A stretch of DNA of 64,000 nucleotides from positions 28,239,181 to 28,303,180 of the forward strand of contig CM119264.1 of the NCBI GenBank assembly GCA_051294375.1, given 5' to 3'. The notes below the pieces were generated by a model, which was not told the origin of the DNA, did not search any database, and saw only the letters and a program-made list of their open reading frames with translations. Source of the DNA: Paraspadella gotoi (lineage: Eukaryota; Animalia; Chaetognatha). How positions within the stretch are numbered: the stretch's first letter is position 1; the number at the start of each line of letters is the position of its first letter. Position numbers and translations under genes: made by a program. Below, one piece after another: positions 1 to 13,800 of this stretch.

Positions 1-485
1 CAGTGAATCTATACGAATTTGAAGCAGTTGCAGCCTAAACGACTGCAATAATATTGAATTTAAAATTTGATTAGCCAATCTTAAAAAAACATTTGTAAAA
101 ATGTAATAGAGAGAGACATTTGATAAAACGCGTTCAGTTATGAAGATCAGGTGTTGAAGTTTAAAAATGTTTCATTTTTCAATTGCATACAAGTTGAAAT
201 TTTAAAAATTGTCTCTCTATTACATTGTTCGAATTTCACTCAATAAAAAAAATTTCATAAAAAAATATCAGATGGATTGCTTTTTCGTTTGACCTGCAAC
301 TCTTTCAGCATAGGTTTCTTTTATTTATATTAATAATTAAAACCGATAATAAAATGGGCGTTATAGAATGCATTTCAAAATGTTTAAAGTGAATACATTT
401 TCGGAAATCGGCAAGGAGCTCAGCCTCTGAATTTGTACTCCATTTTGGCCTATTTTGAAGTTGAAAAATTGAATGACCCTTTTTC

Positions 486-696
486 TTAAACATCATTATT
501 ATGCATAATAGTTCGGGTCATTTATCCCGGAACTTAATTTTTAATCTCAATAATTTGACCTTTGTTGCGAGAGAAGAAAATTGTTATTTTGTTTTACAAA
601 CCAACGATTTTTTGATAGAAATGATAAAATAACCGGACATTGTTTCCGCACTTGTTTGTAAGTCTTCACAGCTTCGTATCTTTGTGGAAACCGTTA

Positions 697-732
<36 letters not shown>

Positions 733-1492
733 TTTCACATTGATAACAAACTCTGTGAAAACATTTAATTCGCGGGCTGATGCAGACTTTCAAGAAAGTG
801 GAAACCATTAATTCATTTCTATCAAAAATCCCATTGTTTAAAAACAAAAATACAATTTCTTCTCTCAATAAAATTCCTAAACGCAACGAAAGAAAGCTAT
901 TGACACAATAATATTAACCTAAACATTTATTTTCAATTGATAACCCAATCCCGTAATCCTAATCCCTAAAACCTTAATGCTAACCGCTGTATTTCCCCCC
1001 AAATTTCTAAAAAACCCCCTTAACTCGTAAACCCTAAATTCGGCTATATTAAATCCTAACTTTAATCACTTAGAAAATCCCTAATCTATCCCTAACCTTA
1101 TCTTCCAACGTAAATTTTATTAAAAAAAATTAACCCTAATGCAAAAATTTAAGTTGAAATGGAGCGCTTTTGGAATAAGGCCAAACGGATATGTTAAATC
1201 GCCTAAAACAACCACTTTTTTTTCAGTTCCCCAAAATTCCCCTTTCCCGATCCCTCACCGCGATCTAGCCGGCGGAGTGTATCCCCACGGGCGATTCTCC
1301 TGCGATGCGGCCTGTCGCCGAGCATCTCTTGAAGATGGCACGCCAACCTTCCTCGTCAAAAGCTCGTTGTTCTTCGACGACAAAACGTCAAGAGAGAAGA
1401 AGGAGAAATCTTGGCGAATTCCGGGTTGGAAATCGTCCGATTTTGAAGAGCAGAGGCGATGGAGAGCAGAGAGAGAAAGAAGAGAGAAGAGA

Positions 1493-1535
<43 letters not shown>

Positions 1536-1561
1536 AGTGAGAGAGAGGGATAGAGAGGTGG

Positions 1562-1603
<42 letters not shown>

Positions 1604-1705
1604 GAGAGATGGAGGAGTGAGAGAAGAGGGTTATTAGAGTGGAAGGGGAAAGAGGATAGAGGAGGAAGAGAGGACAGAGGGCATGAATGAGAGAGAGAGA
1701 GAGAG

Positions 1706-1751
<46 letters not shown>

Positions 1752-3652
1752 TGAGAGAGAGAAGAGTGGAGAGAGGAAGGAACGTGAGAGAGAGAGAGAG
1801 AGACCACCTACCCTCCACGAGCGACGAAATCCGAGAGAAAGAATCGTATGACCGACCTCCTCTTTCTCTCGTAGGCGACGAAGAGTCAGGTTCCCAAGAG
1901 CTGAAGGCTCATGGAACGCCTGAAGGATATATCATCACAATCAATCATCAATCAATCAATCAACAATCAAATAATCAATCAATCAATAATCATCACAAAT
2001 AATCAATCAATCAAGAATCACAAAAACGTACCCATATTCCTCAAATCCACCGTAATGTCGACTGTCCGTTCTTGCTGCGTGATACATGCGCCTCGTCATC
2101 ACCCTCCCGCTGGCTGCTTTCTTAGCGTCTGTAAGCGAATGTTTCGCCCTTGCGGATCGGGTGTCCGTCGGCGTCGAGGCCGTTCTCGGCGCGATACGGA
2201 CCGAGTGAAGAAGAAAGAGGGACGACGCCCGGCCGTTGCTCCGTACGGCGTGCGAGGTCGTCGGCGGAGCGTCGAGTAACGTGAGGGGCGTGGAGGCGTG
2301 ACAGGACGTCTGCGGGATCCGCCTCTGGAGTTCGTCCGACCCCTCTTGGAGGATCTCCTCGAAAGTCATTCACCGTGTGCATGCTCTTGTTTTCCTTGAT
2401 GAAGGGGAAAGGGAAAAAAGAGTAGATTAAACGTTATTACCTAGAAACATATATTGGATATATACCATATCCTTTATGTCTAAACCTATTTTAACCCATA
2501 TCTTTACCAAATACTTGACTAAATTCAGCTAATCTTAATCCACTAACCAAATATTATTTCTTTTAATTAAATAAGTATTAAATAAATATTTATCTGCCCT
2601 GACTTTTGGACAGGCTTGGTGGTTTTAAGGTCTCCATCACTTTACAGATAATGGACATAGCAGGTCAGGTCAGGTCAGCAGACTTTCATCCAAGAACTCT
2701 CTGAAGTCTACGTTTATTCATCACTATATCTGGCTTCCCTATCATAAAGTGGAATAATGTTTTAAAAGAAAGATTCAATTGTTATGAAAATTCTGAATTA
2801 GCTTAAATCGGGTCACTTCGGAAAATATGGCCCTTAAATTTTCCCGGTTACTTGAGGCATTCTTGCGCATGTATTTGAGGTGTTAGGTGGGAATAGGTGT
2901 GTTGTTGAAACCGAACGTCGTCCCATTTCGTCGGAGTAGAACTGCGATCGAGAGCTTGAGACGAATTCGTCCCCTGATCCCGAAAATAGACAGATATGAT
3001 CACGTGTAAGGATTGTTTCGTTGTATCCTTATCACTCCCCACCTCATGAACCCGAATACTTTAAAATAGATAATTTATTAATATATCTTACCCTATCGAT
3101 TGCGAGTAGTCCAAGTTTATGTCGATGGAAGACATCGGTTCGTAAGCTTATGTTTACTCGAACTCGCTTGGGGCTACCACAGGGGCGCGTGCTTCCTCTT
3201 CGAGGAGATTTCGGATAAACCTGGTTTTGGCTAAACACAAGGCCATGATATTTCTATAAAAAATGCTTTAGGCTTAGAGCTGAAAGGGAAAACATAGTAA
3301 TAATAAACACGATTCAAATAAATAATACTACGCATCGGTTTGTATTTGAGTGTTTTGAGATTGTCCACAATATTGATCAGACGCGTGACCGTGAGGTATT
3401 GAGCCGGAACGTCACGGTTGGTGAACGAGCTACTTGAGCTAAGCTGAGTTTTCACCAAGCCTAGCTGGAGGCAATTTTAGGATTCGCCACCATGCACTCT
3501 TTATAGTTATTATCATCATAACTTTCTCGCGTGGAGCTGCATTCTAAATAACAACGGCGAGTCCAGAATTTGGAACTCTTTTTTCAATTCTCTCTTTTCA
3601 CCTTTGATTTCTCTTTCCATCTCTCATTCTCTTCAATCTCCACTGATGTCAC

Positions 3653-3687
<35 letters not shown>

Positions 3688-3710
3688 TCTCTCCTCTCTC
3701 TCTTCCATCT

Positions 3711-3742
<32 letters not shown>

Positions 3743-3945
3743 TTGCTCTCCACTCGCCTATTCCGCCAACCATCTCCCTCCAAAGAGAAACGTTGGCCCG
3801 ACTTCTTCTTCTCCCTTCCTTCTCTCCGCGTTGTGGACGAGGAAGTGATGGGATGTCGCGCCATTCCGTGGCGGCGGCGGCCGGAAGATGGCGTTGGCTG
3901 CCCGAGGAATGGGCCATCCAAATCCCGAGGAGGAGGAAGAGGCAG
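486..3945 (-). repeat. Inverted, indel-rich copy (copy A) of the middle of the ABTB gene; probable assembly artefact
   Basis: Reverse complement of ~5655-9770 plus ~13555-13780. It has the same exons (e.g. ORF 2007-2369 MTFEEILQEG) with scattered 1-nt indels that break frames. Confidence 0.85.
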
Positions 3946-4071
3946 CTAAATGCGAGGGTAGAGGAGGAGTCGTGGTTTTATTATTATTATTATTATTATG
4001 ATTCTGATTATTTTAACCTTTATCAGTAAGCGGGAGGAAGAAAAATAATTTAGGTCATATTAGATTACACA

Positions 4072-4153
4072 GGTAGTGTGGCCGAGTGGTCTAAGGCGCT
4101 GGTTTTAGGCACCAGTCTCTCTGTAGTCGTGGGTTCGAATCCCACCACTGCCA
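4072..4153 (+). tRNA. trnL-TAG: tRNA-Leu(TAG)
   Basis: 82 nt GGTAGTGTGGCCGAGTGGTCTAAGGCGCTGGTTTTAGGCACCAG...GGTTCGAATCCCACCACTGCCA. Acceptor stem GGTAGTG/CACTGCC, anticodon stem CTGGT/ACCAG, intact A/B boxes, T-run downstream. The variable arm has one mismatch. Confidence 0.88.
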
Positions 4154-4247
4154 TTATTGTTGTTATTTTTTGAACCCTGTGGAAGGAAAAAATGATTATA
4201 GGTCTCTCTTTAGTAGAAAAATATTTTAGATCATTTTATATAACACA

Positions 4248-4329
4248 GGACGTGTGGTCGACTGGTCCAAGGCCCTTGTTTAAGGCTCCAGTCTCTCTAG
4301 AGGCGTGGGTTCGAATCCTACCACTCCTA
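4248..4329 (+). pseudogene. tRNA-Leu(AAG) pseudogene
   Basis: 82-nt homolog of 4072-4153 with AAG anticodon. B box kept; mismatches in the acceptor and anticodon stems. Confidence 0.75.
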
Positions 4330-4402
4330 TGTTTTTGGATTGTTTTAATCATTATCAGTAAGTGGGAGCAAGAAAAAAAATTAGGTCATCCTTTATGTCC
4401 CA

Positions 4403-4484
4403 GGAAGTGTGGCCGAGAAGTTTAAGACCATGGTTTAAGGTACCATACTCTCCTAAGGAGTGAATTCTTATCCCACCTCAGCCA
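4403..4484 (+). pseudogene. tRNA-Leu(AAG) pseudogene, more degenerate
   Basis: 82-nt homolog. Anticodon stem ATGGT/ACCAT intact; T-arm/B box degraded (GAATTCTTATCC). Confidence 0.7.
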
Positions 4485-4603
4485 TGTTTTGTGATTTTTT
4501 GACACTTATCAGTTAGTGGGAAGGATATTTTAAGTATAAATATTTAAAGTTGGTTATCACCACTCTTTGTGTAGGCGTAGTTTTTCTTTTTTTCTACCTG
4601 CAG

Positions 4604-5883
4604 GTGCACGATTTGACTCGCGGGTGCCATCGACATCCAACATCCTTCCCTGCATCCGGGGATGGACGGCGCTGCATTTCGCTACAGCATTCGATCACCT
4701 TCATGTCGTCCAGGTGATTCTTTCTCCACCGATGAAGTAATGGCATGGTTAAATTGGTTATGCAATAGATTTTCGCAAGAAGAATAAATTACGCATTAAT
4801 ATGTCTAATTATCTATGCTTTGTGAAGATTAAAACACTCGAACGGAAACCAGAAATATATATACACTTCATATATATACTAAATTTAGTAAAATAAATGA
4901 ATAAACAATGAAATAGATAAATGAATAAATTAAATAAAAATTAAACAAAAGAGCATCCACCCTTCTTTCAGCTCCTCCTCGATCGAGGGGTCGACGTCGA
5001 AGGCTTCCCCTCAGCCACGCCCTCTTCCGCCTTCGACCTCATCGCTCAACTCGTCGGCGATTCCGGCGCCGACTCGCGTCCCGCCGAGACGACGCCGCGC
5101 GTGGAGACGCCGCTCCTCCTGGCGGCGGCCGCCGGAAACAAAGACACAGTGGCGGCGTTGATGGCGAAAGGCGCGGATCCGTTCTTGGCGTTGGGTGAGG
5201 ACAGAGGAGAGAGAAAGGAGGAGAAAGGGGGAAGGGGTGAAAGAACGTAGTTGTCGATAGTCTTGATATTTATCTTTATCTTCATATCTATCAAAAATTG
5301 AAGTCACATTTAAAAATGTAAGAAAGAGAGAAAAGCAACAGAGAGAAAGAAAGAGACAAAGGAAACAAAGAAGAAACAAAGCACGTCTAACTCTTTCTCA
5401 TCAACAACTCTCTTTGCGGTGGTAGCGTGGCCGAGTGGTCTAAGGCGCTGGTTTTAGGCACCAGTCTCGTTTGAGGCGTGGGTTCGAATCCCACCGCTGC
5501 CAATGAGTAATTTTTTTTCCAATATTATTTTAAAAAATTAATACAAATATTATAGACGATTTTTTAAAGACATTTTAAAGACATCCAAGGCCGCTAATCA
5601 TCATTCCCCCTCTCTCCGTCTCTTCTTCTCCAGACTCGGACGCCTCCCCCTCCTCTTCCTCCTCCTCCTCCTCGGATTTGATGCCCATCCTCGGCACCAA
5701 CGCCATCTCCGCCGCCGCCGCCCACGGAAGGCGCGACATCCTCCACTTCCTCGTCCACAACGCGAAGAAGGAAGGGAAGAAGAAGAAGTCGGCCAACGAC
5801 TTCCTCTCTTTGGAGGAGATGTTGGCGGAAGGCCGAGTTTAGGACAGAGAGAGCAGAAGAGAAGAGAGACAGATGAGAAGGAC

Positions 5884-5916
<33 letters not shown>

Positions 5917-8310
5917 GAGAGAGACAGAGAGAGAGAGCAGAAAGTTGACATTCAGTAAAAAGGGGCACCTAGGTTAGCCGACAAATTCAAATTTTAATCG
6001 CGCGACAACAGCCATTAACACTAATCCATTATTGCTCCGTATTAATTATTGTGTTCTTAAAATATTTGTTTTGCAAACACATGTTCCGAACCATGGAGTA
6101 ATTTTGCCTAATTAATATTCATTATACTATTGCTATTATAATATCAAACATCTTTTTTATTGGATATTTTAAGGTTTTTTTTAACTTTGATTTTGATAAG
6201 AACTTAAAAAAGTTACAGCACAAAAATACTAAATTACACACTCTTTTTTAACAATTTTGGGATGTTTTATTACTAAACAATTAGTAACAAACTGCCTCAA
6301 AATTCATCGGACATTGCCATGATTGATGGATATGACTCTTTATTCCTAATGTTTTTTTAATTTAACACCCACTTATCATCAAAATACTTAAAAAAAGAAT
6401 TATACTTTGTGTAGATTAACTTTCTATACCGCTTTTTGCAATCTGCTTTTTACAAATTAACAAAAAATTCCCAAAAACAATTTTTTTGACATTTTCCTAT
6501 CTATTAAATCAAATCATTAAAAAAATTACTATCACTCAATGGCTTCTTGCCATTTTAAGAAAAAAATTCTTGCTCCCATTTGAAAGTTCTTCTCAGAAAT
6601 GTATGAAGTTTCATTGGGAAAGCGTTCCCAAATCAAACTTCTGACCCCACCCCATTGACCGCAAGTTCTGGCCTCTAACATTCAGTGGAGATTGAGAGAA
6701 TGAGAGATGGAAAGAGAAATCAAAGGTGAAAAGAGAGAATTGAAAAAAGAGTTCCAAATTATGGACTCGCGTGTGTTAATTTAGAATGCAGCTCCACGCG
6801 AGAAGTTATGATGATAATAACTAAATAAGAGTGATGTGGCGAATCCTAAATTCGCCTCCAGCATAGCTTGGTGAAACTCAGCTTAGCTCAGTACTCGTTC
6901 ACCAACCGTGAGTTTCCGGCTCAATACCCTCACGGTCACGCGTCTGAGTCAATATTGTGGACAATCTCAAAAACTCCAAATACACCGATGCGTAGTATTA
7001 TTTATTTGAATCGTGTTTATTTATACTATTGTTTCCCTTTCAGCTCTAAGTCCTAAGCATTTTTTATAGAAATATCAATGGCCTTTTGTTTCCAAAACCA
7101 GGTTTATCCGAATCTCCTCCGAAAGAGGAAGCAGCGCCCCCTGTGGTAGCCACGCCGAGTTCGAGTAAACATAAGGCTTACGAACCGATGTCCTTCCATC
7201 GACATAAACACTTGGACTACTCGCAATCGATAAGGGTAAGATAATATTTATAATTAATCTATTTTAAATATTCGGGTTCATAAGTGATGAAAGGAGTACA
7301 ACGAAACAATCCTTACACGTGTCATATCTGTCTATTTTCGATCAGGAGGGACGAAATTCGTCTCAAGCCTTCGATCGCAGTTCTACTCCGACGAAATGGA
7401 CGACGTTCGGTTTCAACAACACACCTAATTCCACCCCTAACACCTCCAAATACATCCAAGAAGCCCTCAAGGTAATCGGGAGAATTTAGGGCCATATTTT
7501 CCGAAAGTGCCCGATTTAAGCTTAAATTCAGAATTTTCATACAATTGAATCTTTCTTTAAAACATTATTCCACTTTAATGATAGGGAAGCCAGATAATAG
7601 TGAGTGAATAAACGAGACTTCAGAGAGTCTTGATTGAAAGCTTGCTGACCTGACCTGACCTGCTATGTCCTTATCTTGTAAGAGTGATGGAGACCTTAAA
7701 CCACCAAAGCCTGTCCAAAGTCAGGGGCAAGATAACTTATTTATTTAATACTTATTTAATAAATAGAAATAAATATTTGGTTAGTGGTTAAAGATTAAGC
7801 TGAAAATTTAGTCAAATATTTGGTAAAAGATTATGGGTTAAAATTAGGTTTAGACAAAAGGATATGGTATATATCAATATTTATGTTTCTAGGTTAACTA
7901 ACGTTTAATCTACTCTTTTTTCCCTTTCCCCTTCATCAAGGAAAACAAGAGCATGCACACGGTGATGACTTTCGAGGAGATCCTCCAAGAGGGCGTCGAC
8001 GACTCCAGAGGCGGATCCCCCAAGACGTCCGTCGACGCCTCCCACGCCCCCTACGACTCGTACGCTCCGCCGACGACCTCCACGCCGTACGGACAACGGC
8101 CGCCGTCGTCCACCTCTTCTTCTTCCTCGGTTCCGTACGGGCCGAGAACGGCCTCGACGCCGCACGGACACCCGGATCCGCAAGGGGCGAAACATTCGCT
8201 TTACGAGACGCTGAAGAAAGCGCAGCGGAGGGTGCTGACCGAGGCCATGTATCACGCAGCAGAGAACGGACACGTCGACATTACGGTGGATTTGAGGAAT
8301 ATGGGTACGT

Positions 8311-8349
<39 letters not shown>

Positions 8350-8620
8350 NNNNNNNNNNNNNTTTGATTGATTTGATTGATTTGATTGATTGATTGATTG
8401 ATATAAATATCCTTCAGGCGTTCCTTGGAGCCTTCACTCTTGGACCTCGACTCTCTCGTCCGCCTACGAGAGAAGAAGGAGGTCGGTCATACAGATTCTT
8501 CTCTCGGATTTCGTCGTCGATGGAGGGTAGGTGCTCTCTCTCTCTCTTCTCTCTTTCCCTCCCACCCCACCCTTCGTATCTAATAACCCCTCCTCTCCAC
8601 TCTCTTCTCTTTCTCTCTGA

Positions 8621-8674
<54 letters not shown>

Positions 8675-8676
8675 CT

Positions 8677-8707
<31 letters not shown>

Positions 8708-10744
8708 TCTCTCCTCTCTCTCCTCTCTCTCTCTCTCTCACTCTCTTGCTTCTCTTCTCTCTCTCTCTCTCTCTTCTTCCTTCTCTCTCTCTCTCTCGCC
8801 TCCTCTCCACCCTCTATCTTACATTAACCGTCTCTTCTCTCTCCCTCATCTTCTCTTCTCTCTTCTCTTCTCTCTCATCTCTCTCTCTCTCTCTCTCTCC
8901 CACCAGCCTCTATCTATAAACCCCTCTCTCTACTATCTCTTCTCTCCTCTCTCTCTCTCTCTTTCTCTCTCTCTTCTTTCTGCTCTTTCTCTCCCTCTCT
9001 CTTATCTCTTCTCTGCTCTCTCCCATCCACCTCACTCGTCTTTCAAAATCGGAACGGCACTTCTCCAACCCGGAAATTCTGCCCCCCAAGATTCTCTTCC
9101 TCTTCTCTTCGACATATTTCGTCAGTCGAAGAACAACGAGCCTTTGACGAGGAAGTTGGCGGCCATCTTCAAGAGATGCTTCGGCGACGAGCCCATCGAG
9201 GAGATCCCCGTGGGGGGATACACTCCGCCGGCTAAGATCGGTGAGGGATCGGGAGGGTGAATTTTGGGGAATGAAAAAAAAAGTGGTTGTTTTAGCGATT
9301 TTACATATTTCCGTTTTGGCCTTATTTCCCAAAAGCGCTCCATTTCAACTTAAATTTTGCATTAGGTTAATTTTTTTAAATAAAAATTACGTTGGAAGAT
9401 AAGGTTAGGGATTAGATTAGGGATTTTCTAAGTGATTAAAGTTAGGGATTTAATTAGCGATTAGGGTTAGAGTTAAGGTTAGAAATTGGGGATAAGGGTT
9501 AGCATTAAGGTTAGGGATTAGGATTACGGATTGGGTTATCAATTGAAAAAATATGTTTAGGTTAAATATTATTGTGTCAATGCTTTCTTTTCGTTGCGTT
9601 TAGGAATTTTATTGAGAGAAGAAAATTTGTATTTTGTTTTTAAAACAAAGGATTTTTGATAGAAATGATTAATGTTTCCACTTTCTTGGAAGTCTGCATC
9701 AGCGCGAATTAAAATGATTTTCACAGAGTTTGTTATCATGTGAAAAGAGGAGAGAAAAAAAGAGAGAGATAATTAGTAAATAAATGAATAAACAATGAAT
9801 AGATAAGATGAATAAATTAAAATAAAAATTAACAAAAGCATCCACCGCTTCTTTCAAGCTCCTCCTCGATCGAGGGGTCGACGTCGAAGGATCCCCTCAG
9901 ACCAACGCCCCTCTTACCGCCTTCCGACCTCATAGCTCAAACTCGTCGGCGATTCCGGCGGCGCCGGAACTCGCGTCCCGCCCGAGACGAACGCCGGCGT
10001 GGAGACGCGCCCTCCGGCGGCCCGACGCCTGGAAACAAGACAAACAGTGGGGCGGCGTTTGATGGCGAAAGGCGCGGATCCGTTCTGGCGTTGGGTGAGG
10101 ACAGAGAGAGAGAAAGGAGGAAAGGGGGAAGGGGTGAAAGAAACGTAGTTTGTCGATAGTCCTTGATATTTATCTTTATCTTTCATATCGATCAAAATTG
10201 AAGGTCACATTTAAAAATGTAAGAAAGAGAGAAGCAACAGAAGAGAAAGAAAGAGACAAAAGGAAACAAGAAGAAACAAAGCACGTCTAAATCTTTCTCA
10301 TCAACAACTCCCTTTGCGGTGGAAGCGTGGCCGAGTGGTCCTAAAGGCGCTGGTTTTAGCACCAGTCTGCGTTTGAAGGCGTGGGTTCGAATCCCACCGC
10401 TGCCAAAATTGAGTTTTTTTTTTGTCCAAATATTATTTTTAAAAAAATTAAAGACAAATATTATAGACGATTTTTTAAAGGACATTTTATAACATCCTGC
10501 CGGTAATACATCATCCCCTCTTTCCGTCTTTCCTCTCCAGATCGGAACGCCTCCCCCTCCTCTTCCTCTCCTCCTCCCGTTTGATGTGCCCATACCTCGC
10601 ACCAACGCCATCTCCGCCGCCGCCGGCCCACGAAAGGCGCGAATCCTCCACTTCCTCGTCCACAACGCGAAAGAAGGAAGGGAAGAAGAAGAAGTCCGGG
10701 CCAAAACGACTTCTCTCTTTGGAGGAAGATGTTGGGGAAGGTGA

Positions 10745-10804
<60 letters not shown>

Positions 10805-13800
10805 ACGCGTGTTAATTTAGAATGCAGCTCCCACGCGAGAAGTTATGATGAAATAATAACAAATAAGAGGATGTGGCGAATCTAAAATTCGCCCTCTCCG
10901 CAATAGCTTGGTGAAACTCAGCTCAGCTCAGTACTTTCGTTCACCAACCGGAGTTTCCGTTCAATAACCTCACGGTCACGCGTCTGAGTCAATATTGTGG
11001 ACAATCTCAAAAACTCCAAAATACACCGAATGCGTAATAATTGTTTAATTTGAAATCGTGTTTATTATACTATTTGTTTCCCTTTCCAGCTCTTTAGTCC
11101 CTAAGCATTTTTTTATAGAAATATCAAGGCCTTTTGTTTCCAAACCAGGTTTTATCCGAATCCTCCTCCGAAAGAAGGAAGCAGCGCTCCCTGTCGTAGC
11201 ACGCCGAGTTCGGAGTAAACATAAGGCTTACGAACCGATGTCCTTTCCATCGACATAAACACTTGGACTAACTCGCAATCGATAAAGGGTAAGAATAATA
11301 TTTTATATTAATCATTTTAAAATATTCCGGGTTCATAAGTGATGAAAGGAAGTACACGAAACAATCCTTACAACGTGTCATAATCTGTCTATTTTTCGAT
11401 CAGGAGGGACGAATTCGTTCAAAGCCTCGATCGCAGTTCTACTCCGAGCAGATGGAACGACGTTCGTTCAAACAACCACCTAATTCTCACCCCTAACACT
11501 CAAAATAACATCCAAGAAGCCCTCAAGGTATTCGGGAAGAAATTTAGGGCCATATTTTCCGAAAGTGCCCCATTTAAGCTTAAATTCAGATTTTCATACA
11601 ATTGAATCTTTCTTTAAAACATTTAATTCCACTTTCATTGAAGGGAAGCCAGAATAATAGTGAGTGAATAAACGAGACTAAAACAAGTCTTGATTGAAAG
11701 CTTTGCTGACCTGACCTGACCTGACTATGTCATTACATTTGTAAGAGTGATGGAGGCCTTAAAAATAACAACAGCCTGTCGCAAAGTTCATGGCCCTGAC
11801 TCAGGGAAAGATTAACTTATTATTTAATACTTATTTAATAATAGATACAGGATAAAATAAAGAATTTGTTAAGGTTTTAAGATTAAAGCTTGAAATTTAG
11901 TCAAAAATTGGTAAAAAGATTATGGGATAAATTAAGTTTAGACCAAAAAGGATATGGTATATATCAATATTTATGTTTTAGGTTAACTAACGTTCTAATC
12001 TACTCTTCTGTCCTTTCCCTTCATCAAGGAAAACGAGAGCATGCACACGGTGATGACTTTCGAGGGATCCTCCAAGAGGGCGTCGACGAACTCAGAGGCG
12101 GATTCCCTAAGGACCAAAGACGTCCGTCCGACCGCCTCCCACGCCCCCCTACGACTCGTACGCTCCGCCGACGACCTCCCACGCCGTACGGACAACGGCC
12201 GCCGCGTCACCTCTTCTCTTCCTCGGTTCCGTACGGGCCGAGAACGGCCTTCTCGACCGTGCCGCACGTCGGACACCCGGATCCGCAAAAGGGCGAAACC
12301 ATTTGCTTTACGAGACGCTGAAGAAAGCGCAGCGGAAAGGTGTTGAACCGAGGCCATGTATCACCCAAGCAGAGAAGCGGACACGTCGACATTACGGTGG
12401 ATTTGAGGAATATGGGTACGTTTTGATTGATTGATGATTGATTGATTGATTGATTTGATTGATTTTGATTGATTTGATTGATTTGATTGATTTTGATCTG
12501 ATTTTGATTGATATAAATATCCTTGCAGGCGTTCCTTGAGCCTTCACTCTTGGAACCTCGACCTCTCTCGTCCGCACCTACGAGAGAAGAAGGAGTCGGT
12601 CATACAGATTCTCTCTCGGAATTTCGTCGTCGAATGGAGGTAGGTGCCTCTCCTCTCTCTCTCTCTCTTCGTCTCCTCTCACGTCTCTCTCTCTCTTCTC
12701 TCTTCTCTCTCTCTCTCTCCTCCCTCCCCACCCTCTATCTAATAACCCCGTCTCTCAACTCTCTCTGCTCTTCTTCCTTCTCTCTCTCTCCGTCATCTCT
12801 CTCTCTCTCTCTCTCTCGTCTCTCCTCTCTCATTCTCCTCTCGTCTCTCCTGCATCTCTCTCCCTCCAGCCTCTCCGTCTTCAATCGGACGACTTCTCCA
12901 ACCCGGAATTCGCCCAGATTCCTCCTCTTCTCTTCGACAATATTCGTCAGTCGAAGAACAACGAGCCTTTGACGAGGAAGTTTGGCGGCCATCTTCAAGA
13001 GATGCTTCGGCGACGAGCCCATCGAGGAGATCCCGTGGGGCTACCCTCCGCCGGCTAAGAGATCGGTGAGGTTCGGGAGGGTAAATTTTGGGGAATAAAA
13101 AAAAAGTGGTTGTTTTAAAAGCGATTTTACATATTTCCGTTTTGGCCTTATTTCCAAAAGCGCTCCATTTCAACTTAAATTTGCATTAGTTAATTTTTTT
13201 AACTAAAAATTACGTTGGAAGATAAGGTTAGGGATTAGATTATGGATTTTCTAAGTGATTAAAAGTTAGGGATTTATTAGTGATTTAGGGTTAGAGTTAA
13301 GGTTAGTAAGTGGGATAAGGGTTAGCATTAAGGTTAGGGATTGGATTACGGATTGGGTTATCTATTGAAAAAAATATGTTTAGGTTAAATATTATTGTGT
13401 CAATGCTTTCTTTTCGTTGCGTTTTTAGGAATTTTATGAGAGAAGAAATTTGTATTTGTTTTTAAAACAAAGGATTTTTCATAGAATGATTAATGTTTCG
13501 ACTTGTTGTAAGTCTTCATCAGAGGGGNNNNNNNNNNNNNNNNNNNNNNNNNGAGAGAGAGAGAGAGAGAGAGATAACGGTTTCCAACAAAGATGACGAA
13601 GCTGATGAAGACTTACAAACAAGTCGAAACATGTCCGTTATTAATCATTTCTATCAAAAATCGTTGTTTGTAAACAAAATACAAATTTTCTTCTCTCCAA
13701 CAAAGGTCAAATATTGAGATTAAAATTAAGTTCCGGGATAAATGACCCGAAACTATTATGCATAAATAATGATGTTTAACAATTTAACGACCAAATAAAC

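Noticed and set aside
1139-13173. Many SLSL/ERER-rich ORFs in the ORF track
   Set aside because: Translations of GA/TC microsatellites or antisense shadows of GC-rich exons.
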